Source: a bacterium (GTDB lineage Bacteria > Actinomycetota > Coriobacteriia > Coriobacteriales > Eggerthellaceae). Taken from it: DNA of 64,000 bases. The position numbers were made by a program, and so were the translations under genes. How positions within the stretch are numbered: the first letter of the stretch is position 1; the number at the start of each line of letters is the position of its first letter. This document shows positions 9,301 to 18,534 of the stretch, in pieces. The notes beneath the pieces are model-generated. The model was not told the origin of the DNA. It made no database searches and saw only the letters and a program-made list of their open reading frames with translations. The stretch lies in contig CAVFFT010000004.1 of NCBI GenBank assembly GCA_963621885.1, positions 12 through 64,011 on the forward strand, given 5' to 3'.

Positions 9301-10921
9301 GGTGTGGCCGTGGATCGCGCATACCCGTTATTCCACGCCGGGTGTCGCGCTGATTTCGCCGCCGCCACATCACGACATCTATTCGATTGAGGACCTGGCG
9401 CAGCTCATTTACGACCTGAAGAACGCGAATAAGAACGCAGACATCTCGGTGAAGCTTGCGAGCGAAGCGGGCGTTGGCACCATCGCCTGTGGCGTTGCGA
9501 AGGCTGGCGCGCAGACTGTTCTCGTTTCGGGCTACGACGGCGGCACGGGTGCTGCTCCGGGGAGCTCGGTTCACAATACGGGCTTGCCGTGGGAGCTCGG
9601 CCTTTCCGAAGCGCATCAGGCCCTGCAGCATGCCGGCCTGCGTGGTCGTGTGCGGCTCGAGACCGACGGCAAGCTGATGAGTGGCCGCGATGTGGCGATC
9701 GCTTGCATGCTCGGCGCCGAGGAGTTCGGCTTTGCGACGGCCCCGCTGGTAAGCCTTGGCTGCCGCATGATGCGCGTCTGCAACCTCGATACCTGCCCCT
9801 TCGGCATCGCGACGCAGAACACCGAGCTTCGTTCCCGCTTCTGCGGAAAGCCGGAATATGTCGAGAACTTCATGATGTTCATCGCCGAGGAGCTGCGCGA
9901 GATCATGGCGGGGCTTGGCGTGCGCAGCGTCGATGAGCTTGTCGGTCGCACGGACCTTTTATGCACGCGGAAGGCGCATGCGGCGGACCGCGCGGGACTC
10001 GTTGATGTGTCACGCCTCCTGATGCAGATTCCCGATGTGCCGCAGCATTCCGACCCGGATGACGTCTACGACTTCTCGCTTGGCAAGACGATTGACGAAC
10101 GCGTCCTGATGAAGGCCCTCGATGGCAAGAAGGTGGGCGTGCAGAAGATCTCGAGTACCGACCGCGCGGTTGGCACGCTGCTTGGTGCAGAAATCACGCG
10201 CCGCTTCGGCGAGGATCTTCCGGATGATAGCTACCACCTCCGTTTCAAGGGCGGTGCGGGCCAGTCGTTTGGCGCCTTCATTCCCAAGGGCCTCACGATG
10301 GAGCTCGAGGGCGATGCGAATGACTACATTGGCAAGGGCCTCTCGGGCGGCGAGATCGTCGTGAAGCCGTCGCCGCGCGTGAGCTTTGACCCCGCCGAGA
10401 ACGTCATTGTCGGCAATGTCGCCTTCTACGGCGCCACGAGTGGTCGCGCGTTCATTGGCGGCGTCGCAGGCGAGCGCTTCTGCGTGAGGAATTCTGGCGC
10501 GACGGCGGTTGTCGAAGGCGTCGGCGATCACGGTTGCGAGTACATGACCGGCGGTTGCGTGGTTGTCTTGGGAAAGACGGGCCGCAACTTCGCGGCGGGC
10601 ATGTCCGGCGGCGTGGCATATGTGCTTGATGCCGACCACAACCTTTACAAGCGCCTCAACAAGGAGCTGGTGACGAGTGAGCCGGTGACTGAAGAAGTTG
10701 ACAGCGCGCATTTGCGCAAGCTGATTGAGGAGCATGTGGCGCGGACCGGATCCGTTCGCGGCCAGAAGATTCTCGAGAATTTCGACGAGCATGTCTCCGA
10801 TTTCAAGAAAATCATCCCACGCGACTACAGCATGGTTCTTGAACGAATAGGCGCTTGGCGGGCGCGGGGCCTCAGCGAGGAGCGCGCCGAACTCGAAGCA
10901 TTCCTGGAAGGGGGTAACTAG
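6377..10921 (+). CDS. gltB: Glutamate synthase large subunit
   Basis: Ntn-amidotransferase Cys (HDSCGIGGV), then FMN/Fe-S and GXGXG domains across about 1500 aa. The start may be ATG 6377 (propeptide) or ATG 6452 (MESHDSCG). Confidence 0.95.
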   Translation: MRSGQLSQGHLKTEGARHPSRGLDVMESHDSCGIGGVVDIQGRKSHAIVDDALKIVEKLEHRAGKDASGKVGDGVGMMLQVPHAFFSAALAEEGIELGEERSYGVGMFFFPQGRIERSRRKKLFEIILEKEGFELIGWRHVPTCPEVLGERALVCMPDIWQCFVREREGNARGIELDRRLYVIRREFEQSADDTYVVSLSSRTIVYKGMFLVGQLRLFYPDLCDARCASAFALVHSRFSTNTDPSWERAHPNRFILHNGEINTIRGNIDRMLAREETMHAESFLREDLEKVLPVVDTAGSDSAMLDNMLEFLVFSGMPLPKAVSIAIPEPWSKNPAMSPALRDMYHYYATMMEPWDGPAAILFSDGDLVGAALDRNGLRPLRYYEMADGRIILSSEVGVLDIDERDIVRKDRLHPGKMLVIDTQAGVVHEDNEIKGGYAKSHPYGEWLDAELVPLSSLPIPNKRVVRHSNEMRDKLYKAFGYSWEEIRTTVIPMAETGKEPTVAMGVDTPLAVLSNHHRPLFDYFKQMFAQVTNPPIDAVREEVVTDTTVYAGSDGNLLEDVPENCHVLQVNNPILTSTDLLKIKNLDMPGLKSAVVSLLYYNNTPLDHAIDRLFIECDKAYRDGANIIILSDRGVDENHSAIPSLLAVSALEQYLVRTKKRTAVSVVLESAEPRTVHHFATLLGYGARAVNPYLAQECIEEAVEDGLLDKDPYAAIDDYNSAILNGVVKVASKMGISTIQSYQSAQIFEAVGIEQSVIDMYFTNTISRVGGIGLAEIAEDVSWRHDLAFDPLGLDSDATVDSVGVHQLRSGARAEDHMYDPETIIKLQEATRTGDYDLFKEYTGRVDSVKRPHTLRSLLEIDYEKCDAIDISEVELASEIVKRFKTGAMSYGSISQEAHECLAIAMNRLGGKSNSGEGGEVKDRLGTERNSAIKQVASGRFGVTSAYLVSAREIQIKMAQGAKPGEGGHLPGKKVWPWIAHTRYSTPGVALISPPPHHDIYSIEDLAQLIYDLKNANKNADISVKLASEAGVGTIACGVAKAGAQTVLVSGYDGGTGAAPGSSVHNTGLPWELGLSEAHQALQHAGLRGRVRLETDGKLMSGRDVAIACMLGAEEFGFATAPLVSLGCRMMRVCNLDTCPFGIATQNTELRSRFCGKPEYVENFMMFIAEELREIMAGLGVRSVDELVGRTDLLCTRKAHAADRAGLVDVSRLLMQIPDVPQHSDPDDVYDFSLGKTIDERVLMKALDGKKVGVQKISSTDRAVGTLLGAEITRRFGEDLPDDSYHLRFKGGAGQSFGAFIPKGLTMELEGDANDYIGKGLSGGEIVVKPSPRVSFDPAENVIVGNVAFYGATSGRAFIGGVAGERFCVRNSGATAVVEGVGDHGCEYMTGGCVVVLGKTGRNFAAGMSGGVAYVLDADHNLYKRLNKELVTSEPVTEEVDSAHLRKLIEEHVARTGSVRGQKILENFDEHVSDFKKIIPRDYSMVLERIGAWRARGLSEERAELEAFLEGGN

Positions 10922-10922
10922 A

Positions 10923-12260
10923 ATGGGCAAGCCGACGGGATTCATTGATTATCCGCGTGTCGATTCTCCGAATCGGCCGGTGAAGGAACGTATTTGCGAC
11001 TATGGCGAATTCCATGGCGCGCTTGGCGAGCACGAACGGCGCGAACAGGCGGCAAGGTGCATGAATTGTGGCGTGCCCTTTTGCCAATCGCCGCGACAGG
11101 TTTCTCCTGGCGTGAAAGGGCTGGTTGGCTGCCCTCTGTGCAACCTCATTCCCGAATGGAACGATCTCGTGTGGTCGGGGAATCTGAGCCTGGCGCTTTC
11201 GCGTCTGCTCAAGACGAATTGCTTCCCTGAATTCACCGGTCGCGTGTGCCCGGCGCTTTGCGAACGCGCCTGCGAGTGCCGCAACGCCTGTGGCAGCGCG
11301 GTGACGATTCGCGACAACGAGCGCGCGATTATCGAAGAGGCATGGCGTCGGGGCATCGTGCCTAAGGCGAGCCCCAAGGCACGCTCGAACTACCGGGTCG
11401 CGATTGTGGGCTCGGGTCCGGCAGGCCTTGCGTGCGCCTATTGGTTGAACGCTCGTGGACATAGTGTCTGCGTCTACGAGCGTGATGAGCGTCCGGGCGG
11501 TCTGCTTTCCTATGGCATTCCCGAAATGAAGCTTCCTCAGGATGTGGTTCTTCGTCGCCTGAAGGCCATGGAAGAAGACGGCGTACGCTTTGAGACGGGC
11601 CACACCATCGAATCACTTGATGAGCTGCGCGAAGACTACGACAGCGTGATCCTGTGCTGCGGCGCGCAGAAGCCGCGCGAGGTTCCTTTTGAGAACGCGG
11701 GGCTCGCGGGCATCGTGTATGCGCTCGAATATCTTGGCGATTCGCGACGGGCGCAGTTTGGCGAGTCCGAGTTGGCTTTGTCCGCGCAGGGCAAGCATGT
11801 CGTGATCATCGGCAATGGCGATACCGCGACCGACTGCGTTGCGACGGCGATTCGTCAGAAGTGTGCATCCGTCACGCAGTGCATTCGCAAGCCGGCGTCG
11901 TACTACGGCGACGAGATTGACTATGCGCATGAAGAGGCGCTTGAAGTGTTTGGCGAAATTCGCCGCTTCGAGACCGAAGTCAAGGCCGCTCTTGGTGAGG
12001 GCAAGGTTGAGCGCCTGACGCTTAAGACTCCTGAAGGCGATGTTGAGGTGCCTTGTGACCTGCTTGTTATCGCGAGTGGTTTTTCCGGCTGCGATGATAC
12101 CGGCGCGAAGCTGGCTGAACAGGCCCAGGAAGACGACGGCATCTTCATTGCAGGCGACATGGCGCATGGTGCGACGCTGGTCGTGAAAGCCTTGTCTGAC
12201 GCAAGAGAGGTTTCCGCCAGAGTTGATCGTTATCTGACGGGCTTTACGAGCATCATGTAG
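10923..12260 (+). CDS. gltD: Glutamate synthase small subunit (NAD(P)H-dependent)
   Basis: MGKPTGFIDY..., Cys clusters CMNCGVPFC and CPLCNLIPEWN, Rossmann VAIVGSGPAGLACA. Starts 2 nt after the gltB stop. Confidence 0.95.
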   Translation: MGKPTGFIDYPRVDSPNRPVKERICDYGEFHGALGEHERREQAARCMNCGVPFCQSPRQVSPGVKGLVGCPLCNLIPEWNDLVWSGNLSLALSRLLKTNCFPEFTGRVCPALCERACECRNACGSAVTIRDNERAIIEEAWRRGIVPKASPKARSNYRVAIVGSGPAGLACAYWLNARGHSVCVYERDERPGGLLSYGIPEMKLPQDVVLRRLKAMEEDGVRFETGHTIESLDELREDYDSVILCCGAQKPREVPFENAGLAGIVYALEYLGDSRRAQFGESELALSAQGKHVVIIGNGDTATDCVATAIRQKCASVTQCIRKPASYYGDEIDYAHEEALEVFGEIRRFETEVKAALGEGKVERLTLKTPEGDVEVPCDLLVIASGFSGCDDTGAKLAEQAQEDDGIFIAGDMAHGATLVVKALSDAREVSARVDRYLTGFTSIM

Positions 12261-12285
12261 CTCTGATTGACGCGATTCCGCTTGC

Positions 12286-12328
12286 CGGCCTGCTTCTTCC
12301 TATTGGGAGGGGCAGGCCGCTTCTATTT
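12286..12328 (+). terminator. Terminator after gltD
   Basis: cggcctgc-N18-gcaggccg followed by CTTCTATTT. Confidence 0.55.
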
Positions 12329-12408
12329 GGTAATGGTGTCTCTGCGAGCGGCATTCGTCTGCGTTGTCTCGCGAAGAGATTGCGCTAGAATGAGTAGCTG
12401 TTCTAAGC

Positions 12409-12485
12409 GCGCCCATAGCCCAATTGGATAGAGCATCGGACTTCTAATCCGGCGGTTGTAGGTTCGAATCCTACTGGGCGCGCCA
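12409..12485 (+). tRNA. tRNA-Arg (anticodon TCT)
   Basis: Acceptor GCGCCCA/TGGGCGC, anticodon arm TCGGA-CTTCTAA-TCCGG, T-arm GTAGG-TTCGAAT-CCTAC, encoded CCA. Confidence 0.9.
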
Positions 12486-12566
12486 GATTTCCCTTGTTGA
12501 TGCGTTTTTGATAGCGCGCGTTTGAGCGCTTTTCCTAGTCGATTTTTCTTTGACGAAATTGCATAT

Positions 12567-14087
12567 TTAGTCACGGGGGATCTCATCGATTTCCCCAGAC
12601 CATGGGCTGTAGGGCAGACGGCGCCTTTTCCTGAGGGCATAGCCCGCGCAGGTGGCAGAAGCCGCCACGGTCCCAGCAAGTGCCACCAATGACCGTGAGA
12701 CCTCGTCCGTATCGCCCGTTAGCGGCGAGGCGCTCGCTTCTCCGCTGCAACTATCCGCTTCCTCATCGGGGACTTCCTCGTCAATGTTGGCATCCACGGT
12801 ATCGGAATCCTCCGATTCGCTTTCCTCGGCGCTGTCGTCGGGATCTTCGCCGGCTGGATCCTCATCTGCATCTTGGCTGTCATTTTCTCCGGCATTTGAA
12901 GCGCTGCTTTCAGCACTCTCGTCTGTTTGCGTACCGTCGCTTTCTTCCTGAGCGTTTGATTCGCCTTCAGTCGTTGACTCTGAATTTGAAGTGTCGCCAA
13001 GTGCAATGAGTCCGCCCAAGACCGCTGCCTCGATATAGGCGACCTCCTCGTCAGTGCTTGCGTCGCGAATAGCGAGCGAGCCATCCTCTTGAGGCGTTGC
13101 AATGAGCTCGTGGTTTTTGTCTCCCGAAGATGACTTCGTGCTCACGATGAAGGAGAGGTCTACGTTGGCTTTGGCGCATTCCAGCTTGTTAACAAGCTCG
13201 TTGAAGGACTCAAACGAGACGTCATCGACCGCGAGGCCCTTTGCAAGCGCATCGGCGAGTGTCTCTTGAAGCTTTTCTCTCTTTGATTCGTCCGTTTCGA
13301 TGCTTGCTGAGCTGGATTCTGGCTCACCGTCGCTGCCTGCTTCACTCGAGGAGGATGTGTCTGCAGTGCCAGCAGAGCTGCTTGGTTCATTCGTTTCGTT
13401 TTGACCCGCTGATGTGGCCTCATTTGTAGGCTCCGCCCCGGAAGTTGACTTGGAAGGATTCTTGTCATCCGACGCGGATGACGCATCGTCGCCCGCCGAA
13501 GGGGAAGAGCTGTCATCCCCATCAGCAGAAGTTCCCGCACCCGCTGTGCTCGAGCTGACATCAGCGCCGGTCGAGGAGCTGGATTCCGTTGCGGCGGCGT
13601 TCCCGTTTTCAATCGGGGAAGTGTCGGAATCCGACGCGCCCGAGGTCTCGCCACCGCTCTCGGAATCTGAATTCTCAAGTTCCGTTTCGCTTCCTGATAA
13701 CGATGCCTCTTCATTGGCTACCGCGCTTGTTGAAAGCGTGTTGTTGGTGCTCTCGCTATTTTTGAACATGCTTTCGGTTTGCTCGTCTTGAGCCGATTCG
13801 CTTTGGCCTTTTTGCCCCACAGCCGCCTGGATGTTCCCATCTTGACTTCCTTGTGATCCGGCATCATCGCTCGAGTCCTGCTTTACGCTTCCCGCATAGC
13901 TCCCCGAAGAGCTTTCGCTAGAGGACTCAATTGCTCCCGCTCCTGCAGGTGGCGCTATTAGGGCGAAATAGACAACCAGGGCTAAGGCGCAACTGATAAG
14001 CGGCGAGACAAGGCGATTCCGCTTAATGCTTTCCAAGGTTTCAGCCGGGGAAGAGGGCAGGTCGCCCCAGAGATTTCCGCTATTCAC
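12567..14087 (-). CDS. Secreted, probably wall-anchored, highly acidic Ser/Asp/Glu-rich low-complexity protein
   Basis: Track ORF 12567..14102. N-terminal TM/signal (LISCALALVVYFALIAPPAGAGA) and long S/D/E/G/A-rich tracts around one roughly 110-aa ordered segment. C-terminal SPLTGD plus hydrophobic stretch plus RKRRR resembles a sortase signal. Start uncertain: GTG 14087 after GGGAGGA, or GTG 14102. Confidence 0.6.
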   Translation of the reverse strand: MNSGNLWGDLPSSPAETLESIKRNRLVSPLISCALALVVYFALIAPPAGAGAIESSSESSSGSYAGSVKQDSSDDAGSQGSQDGNIQAAVGQKGQSESAQDEQTESMFKNSESTNNTLSTSAVANEEASLSGSETELENSDSESGGETSGASDSDTSPIENGNAAATESSSSTGADVSSSTAGAGTSADGDDSSSPSAGDDASSASDDKNPSKSTSGAEPTNEATSAGQNETNEPSSSAGTADTSSSSEAGSDGEPESSSASIETDESKREKLQETLADALAKGLAVDDVSFESFNELVNKLECAKANVDLSFIVSTKSSSGDKNHELIATPQEDGSLAIRDASTDEEVAYIEAAVLGGLIALGDTSNSESTTEGESNAQEESDGTQTDESAESSASNAGENDSQDADEDPAGEDPDDSAEESESEDSDTVDANIDEEVPDEEADSCSGEASASPLTGDTDEVSRSLVALAGTVAASATCAGYALRKRRRLPYSPWSGEIDEIPRD

Positions 14088-14344
14088 GATTCCTCCCTTC
14101 ACCTCTTTAAAAGAGCGTAATGACCTGGTATCACATGGTTTTGAGAGAAATACCTCATAGACCTCACGAGCGTTTTCGTACGTGCGGAAACAAGCCGAAG
14201 AGAGACGCTAAATTGAGGCGCTCGCACCGCAGCGCGGCGGTATATTGGAAATCTGCGGTTGGCTTCAGCTTCCGCGACAGCCCGATAAATGGCTTCAAGT
14301 GGTTTCTGATGGGCTTTCAAGTCGCGCCAAGGCAAGGAGTAAAG

Positions 14345-14902
14345 GTGAGCGAACAAATAATTACGTTGAAACTGGATGTCGATGCGACCCGGCAATCCAT
14401 CCGTGACCAGCTCTTTGATCGTCTGGATGCCTCCCAGCTTTCCGTTATTGAAAGCATGCTCGCGCAGGCATTTCCCGAAGCGGAGCATTTCCACAATGTG
14501 GGCGAAGTGAATGACGCCATAGAAGCACTCTCAATTTCGCGTTCGGTAAAAGACCATGCGAAGGCCGTCTACCAGGTGCTCGCCGAGGCGGAGGCGAGCG
14601 TTCATGGCTGCGCGCTCGAGGAAACGCATTTTCACGAGGTGGGAAACGCTGAAGCGATTTGCAATGTCCTTGCGATTTGCCTCGCGCTTGAGGCACTTGC
14701 ACCCGAGAAAATCATTGCGACCCCCGTTCAAACCGGTCGGGGGAAAGTGAAGTGCGCCCATGGTCTGCTTGACATTCCCGCTCCCGCAACAGCGGCCATA
14801 ATCGCGCGTGGCATTCCCGTTGTGGCTAATCGTCGTGAAGGTGAGTGGTGTACGCCAACTTCCGCCGCAATAATTCTGCATTTCGTCGATGAATTCGTGT
14901 GA
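14345..14902 (+). CDS. LarC/DUF111-like protein fragment (central region only)
   Basis: HAKAVYQVLAEAEASVHGCALEETHFHEVGNAEAI...TPTSAAII resembles the middle of nickel-pincer LarC. The N-terminal GISGDM region and the C-terminal domain are absent. GTG 14345 follows AAGGAG plus 5 nt. Confidence 0.5.
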   Translation: MSEQIITLKLDVDATRQSIRDQLFDRLDASQLSVIESMLAQAFPEAEHFHNVGEVNDAIEALSISRSVKDHAKAVYQVLAEAEASVHGCALEETHFHEVGNAEAICNVLAICLALEALAPEKIIATPVQTGRGKVKCAHGLLDIPAPATAAIIARGIPVVANRREGEWCTPTSAAIILHFVDEFV

Positions 14903-14986
14903 GTTGCCTTTGGACGGCGTGATACCGTGCAATCGCCCGGTCAACGCATTACAATGGCACTTTCAATAAACGAGAGAGGACATGAC

Positions 14987-15991
14987 ATGCCTTTGGGACT
15001 TTCCGGCTGTGACTTTCTGAAAATGCTTGATTTGAGCTCCGCCCAGATTCAGGGGCTCGTGGATCTGTCTGCCTGGCTGAAGGGCATGAAGCATGCGGGT
15101 GAGCCGCATCGTTTCCTTGAGGGCAAGAACATCGTGCTGCTGTTCGAGAAGACCTCGACGCGCACGCGCAGCTCGTTCGAGGTTGCAGGTCGCGACCTTG
15201 GCATGGGCGTCGTCTGCATGGATGAGGGAAGTTCCCAGATGGGCCGCAAGGAAAGCATTGCCGACACGGCGCGCGTCCTCTGTCGCATGTACGACGGCAT
15301 CGAATATCGCGGCTTTGGCCAGGAGATCGTCGAGGAGCTTGCTGAATTCTCGAGTGTCCCGGTTTGGAACGGCCTCACTAACGAGTCGCATCCGACGCAG
15401 ATGATTGCCGACCTGCTGACGGTCGAGGAGAATTTCCCGGGCGGACTTGCCGGTCGCAAGCTTGTCTTCATGGGCGACGCGCAGAACAATGTCGCGAACT
15501 CGCTGATGGTCGCTTGCGCGAAAATGGGCATGCATTTCGTCGCCTGTGGTCCCGCCGAGCAGATGCCTGATGCCAAGCTTGTCGCGCAAGCGCAGGCCAT
15601 TTGCGAAGAGACGGGCGGCTGCGTCGAGCTTGAAAGCGACGTGGCGCGCGGCTGCGCTGATGCCGATGTCATTTACACGGACATCTGGGTTTCGATGGGC
15701 GAGCCCTTTGAGCTCTGGAGCGAGCGCATTCGCCTTCTGTCGCCTTATCAGGTGAACAGCAAGGTCATGTCTTACGCGAAGCCGGACGCGATCTTCATGC
15801 ATTGCCTGCCCGCTTACCATGACGTGAAGACGAAGGTCGGTTCGCAAATCAACGAGCAGTTCGGCCTGACCGAGATGGAAGTGACCAACGAGGTCTTCGA
15901 ATCGGCTCAGTCCCGGGTGTTTGACCAGGCGGAAAACCGCATGCATAGCATCAAGGCGATCATGTACGCCACTTTGGCGCCGGAAAAGTAG
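14987..15991 (+). CDS. Ornithine carbamoyltransferase
   Basis: Motifs STRTR, HPTQ, DIWVSMG and HCLPA. ATG 14987 is 6 nt after GAGAGAGGA. Anabolic versus catabolic role cannot be told from sequence. Confidence 0.9.
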   Translation: MPLGLSGCDFLKMLDLSSAQIQGLVDLSAWLKGMKHAGEPHRFLEGKNIVLLFEKTSTRTRSSFEVAGRDLGMGVVCMDEGSSQMGRKESIADTARVLCRMYDGIEYRGFGQEIVEELAEFSSVPVWNGLTNESHPTQMIADLLTVEENFPGGLAGRKLVFMGDAQNNVANSLMVACAKMGMHFVACGPAEQMPDAKLVAQAQAICEETGGCVELESDVARGCADADVIYTDIWVSMGEPFELWSERIRLLSPYQVNSKVMSYAKPDAIFMHCLPAYHDVKTKVGSQINEQFGLTEMEVTNEVFESAQSRVFDQAENRMHSIKAIMYATLAPEK

Positions 15992-16136
15992 CGTTTCGCT
16001 TCGGCGAGCTAACGTGTCGCGGCGCCCCCTTGCGCATCGCTTTTCTAAGGAATGCGCCACGGCCGCCCGCCACGTTTTGCCCGAACGATAGTCCGGTTAG
16101 ACGCCTTGTTTCATTATTGGTTTTGAAAGGATAAAG

Positions 16137-17879
16137 ATGCAGACACGCATAGCGCTTGAGAATGTGGTGGCGGAAGCCATTCAATCGGCTTGCACGGATG
16201 GCAGCCTCGTGATGGACGCCGTTCCGGAACCGGCGCTTGAACGCCCCAAGGACAGCGCGAATGGCGATTGGGCTTCGACGGTGGCCCTGCGGAGCGCGAA
16301 GAGCGCCCATCGTTCTCCGCGTGATATCGCGCAGATCATCGTTGACCATCTGCCCGAGAACGAGCTTATCGAGAAGACCGATATCGCCGGTCCTGGCTTT
16401 ATCGATTTCACGCTGCGGTCCTCCGCGCTTCAGGCGACGGTTGCCGACGTCCGTTCTTGCGGCATGGATTACGGCAAAAGCGACATCACCAATGGGGGAT
16501 GCCGCGTGAATCTCGAGTACGTGTCGGCCAATCCGACCGGCCCGATGCATGTGGGCCACGGCCGTTGGGCCGCGCTCGGTGATGCCCTTGCGCGCGTGAT
16601 GCGTTTCGCCGGCTATGAGGTCTACGAGGAATTCTATGTAAACGACCACGGCGTCCAGATGGACGTATTCGCCAATTCCATCGTCGTTCGCTATCAGCAG
16701 CTGTGCGGCCAGGATGTCGAGATGCCGGAAGCCTGCTACGGCGGCGCCTACGTGCGTGATATCGCCCAGCAGATTCTCGATGAGGACGGCGAAAAGTGGC
16801 TCGATGCCGACCCGACCGAGCGCGAGATCAATTTCCGCGAGCGCGGCTATCGTGCGATGCTCGACAACGTGAAGGCGACCCTCGAGCGCTTCGGCAACCG
16901 CTTCGACCGCTTCTTCTCGGAGCGTTCACTTTATGAAAAGGACGAAACGGGCAAAAGCGCTGTCGACAAGGCACTCGCCGCTTTCAATGAAGCGGGCTAT
17001 ATCTATGAGAAGGACGGCGCGACCTGGTTCCGTTCCACGGCCTTCGCTGACGAAAAGGACCGCGTTCTTATCAAGGGCAATGGCGAGATGTCCTATTTCA
17101 TGAGCGACTGCGCCTACCACCACGACAAGCTTGCGCGCGGCTTTGACAAGCTGATCGACATCTGGGGCGCCGACCACCACGGTTATGTCGCGCGTTGCGA
17201 ATCCATGATGTCGGCGTGGGGCAGGGAAGGCGACCTCGAGGTCGTGCTTGGTCAGCTCGTCAATCTCCTGCGCGACGGCAAACCGGTCCGCATGTCGAAG
17301 CGTACTGGTGAAATGGTCACCTTTGAAGAGCTTATCGACGAGGTAGGACCCGACGCGACGCGTTTCCTCATGCTTTCGCGCTCGAGCGATCAGCCTATCG
17401 ATTTCGATATCGAGGTTGCGAAGCGTCGCGACGCAAGCAACCCGGTTTACTACGCGCAGTACGCCCATGCGCGCATCTGCTCGATTCTGCGCAAGGCGGC
17501 GGAAGCGGAAGGTCTCGATGCCGAAGCTGAAACCGAGGCTCTCGCGGCGCAGCTCATTCCCGAGAATGTGAACCTTTCACTGCTGACGGACCCGAGCGAG
17601 CTCGCGCTCATGCGTCAAATGGATGGCTTCTCCGACCTCGTCGCCGGTTGTGCGCGCGATCGGGCGCCGTTCCGCCTGACGCACTACGCGCAGGATCTGG
17701 CGTCGCTGTTCCATTCCTTCTATACGAACTGCCATGTTCTGGGTGTGGAAGAGGGACTTTCGAAAGCGCGTCTCGCTTTGGTCGATGCCGCTCGCATCAA
17801 CCTCGCTCAGGCACTGGGTTTGCTGGGCGTTTCGGCACCGGCGCGAATGCAGCGTGAAGAGGAAAGCGCCGAGGCGTAA
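16137..17879 (+). CDS. argS: Arginine--tRNA ligase
   Basis: SANPTGPMHVGHGR (HIGH), MSKRTGE (KMSKS-like), 580 aa class I architecture with DALR-type C-terminus. Confidence 0.95.
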   Translation: MQTRIALENVVAEAIQSACTDGSLVMDAVPEPALERPKDSANGDWASTVALRSAKSAHRSPRDIAQIIVDHLPENELIEKTDIAGPGFIDFTLRSSALQATVADVRSCGMDYGKSDITNGGCRVNLEYVSANPTGPMHVGHGRWAALGDALARVMRFAGYEVYEEFYVNDHGVQMDVFANSIVVRYQQLCGQDVEMPEACYGGAYVRDIAQQILDEDGEKWLDADPTEREINFRERGYRAMLDNVKATLERFGNRFDRFFSERSLYEKDETGKSAVDKALAAFNEAGYIYEKDGATWFRSTAFADEKDRVLIKGNGEMSYFMSDCAYHHDKLARGFDKLIDIWGADHHGYVARCESMMSAWGREGDLEVVLGQLVNLLRDGKPVRMSKRTGEMVTFEELIDEVGPDATRFLMLSRSSDQPIDFDIEVAKRRDASNPVYYAQYAHARICSILRKAAEAEGLDAEAETEALAAQLIPENVNLSLLTDPSELALMRQMDGFSDLVAGCARDRAPFRLTHYAQDLASLFHSFYTNCHVLGVEEGLSKARLALVDAARINLAQALGLLGVSAPARMQREEESAEA

Positions 17880-17971
17880 AGCCACAGGATGCGCAATCGG
17901 CTTTCGAATGGCCTTAAACAGAGACTCTTACGATGGGCCAGAAGGCGTCCCGAGTCGTGAACGATAATCGC

Positions 17972-18013
17972 AGCCCCTTTGAGCGTTCAAGCTCAGAGGG
18001 GCTTCCTTATTTG
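17972..18013 (+). terminator. Rho-independent terminator of argS
   Basis: agcccctttgagc-gttcaa-gctcagaggggct followed by TCCTTATTT. Confidence 0.7.
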
Positions 18014-18156
18014 CTCAGTCAACAGCCCGCTGGCATCTCACTGCGGAATCGGCGACACCAAAGTCGTTCGGGTGTTCGCAAGCAACAATAGGCGCGAGCC
18101 CCGTCTTATAAAGCCGGCAACATCAGCTCGCGATCGCAAATCTTGCCGTTCGCGTT

Positions 18157-18173
18157 TTTGTCCTATGGACAAA
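18157..18173. promoter_or_regulatory. Perfect 17-bp palindrome (candidate operator)
   Basis: TTTGTCC-TAT-GGACAAA in the 650-bp argS/acyl-CoA dehydrogenase spacer. Confidence 0.25.
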
Positions 18174-18442
18174 TATCAGATTCTGTTGGGCATATAGTTT
18201 GAAATCACGCAAAATTTGTTCACAAGATAAGCTGCCAGTTAAACTTTTTCTCCTAAATGCCAAATACTGTCCATGTGAGGATTCGAAGGCGCGCGTCAAT
18301 TCTTCGGGTTGATAACGTCGCAGGTCAATCGGGAGGTCACGAATTTTCGAGCCGCAAACGCGCTCAGGAACCTTCCGATTCATGCCCTCCGTGCAAACAC
18401 TCTCTGTGGCGCTTTTGCCGTCGACCGACGTTCGATATTGTG

Positions 18443-18471
18443 TTCGTTCACCCATGGGGAACTGGTATAAT
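18443..18471 (+). promoter_or_regulatory. Candidate extended -10 promoter of the acyl-CoA dehydrogenase/etf/fix operon
   Basis: TGgTATAAT at 18463-18471, weak -35 TTCGTT 17 nt upstream, 63 nt before the ATG. Confidence 0.4.
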
Positions 18472-18534
18472 CCACCCGTTGTGAAACTGCGCTCGGCACG
18501 TTGCGAGGGCGCGATTCGACCTAAGGAGTTACAT

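Noticed and set aside
12323-12679. 118-aa minus-strand ORF
   Set aside because: It runs straight through tRNA-Arg(TCT) at 12409-12485, so it cannot be a real CDS.
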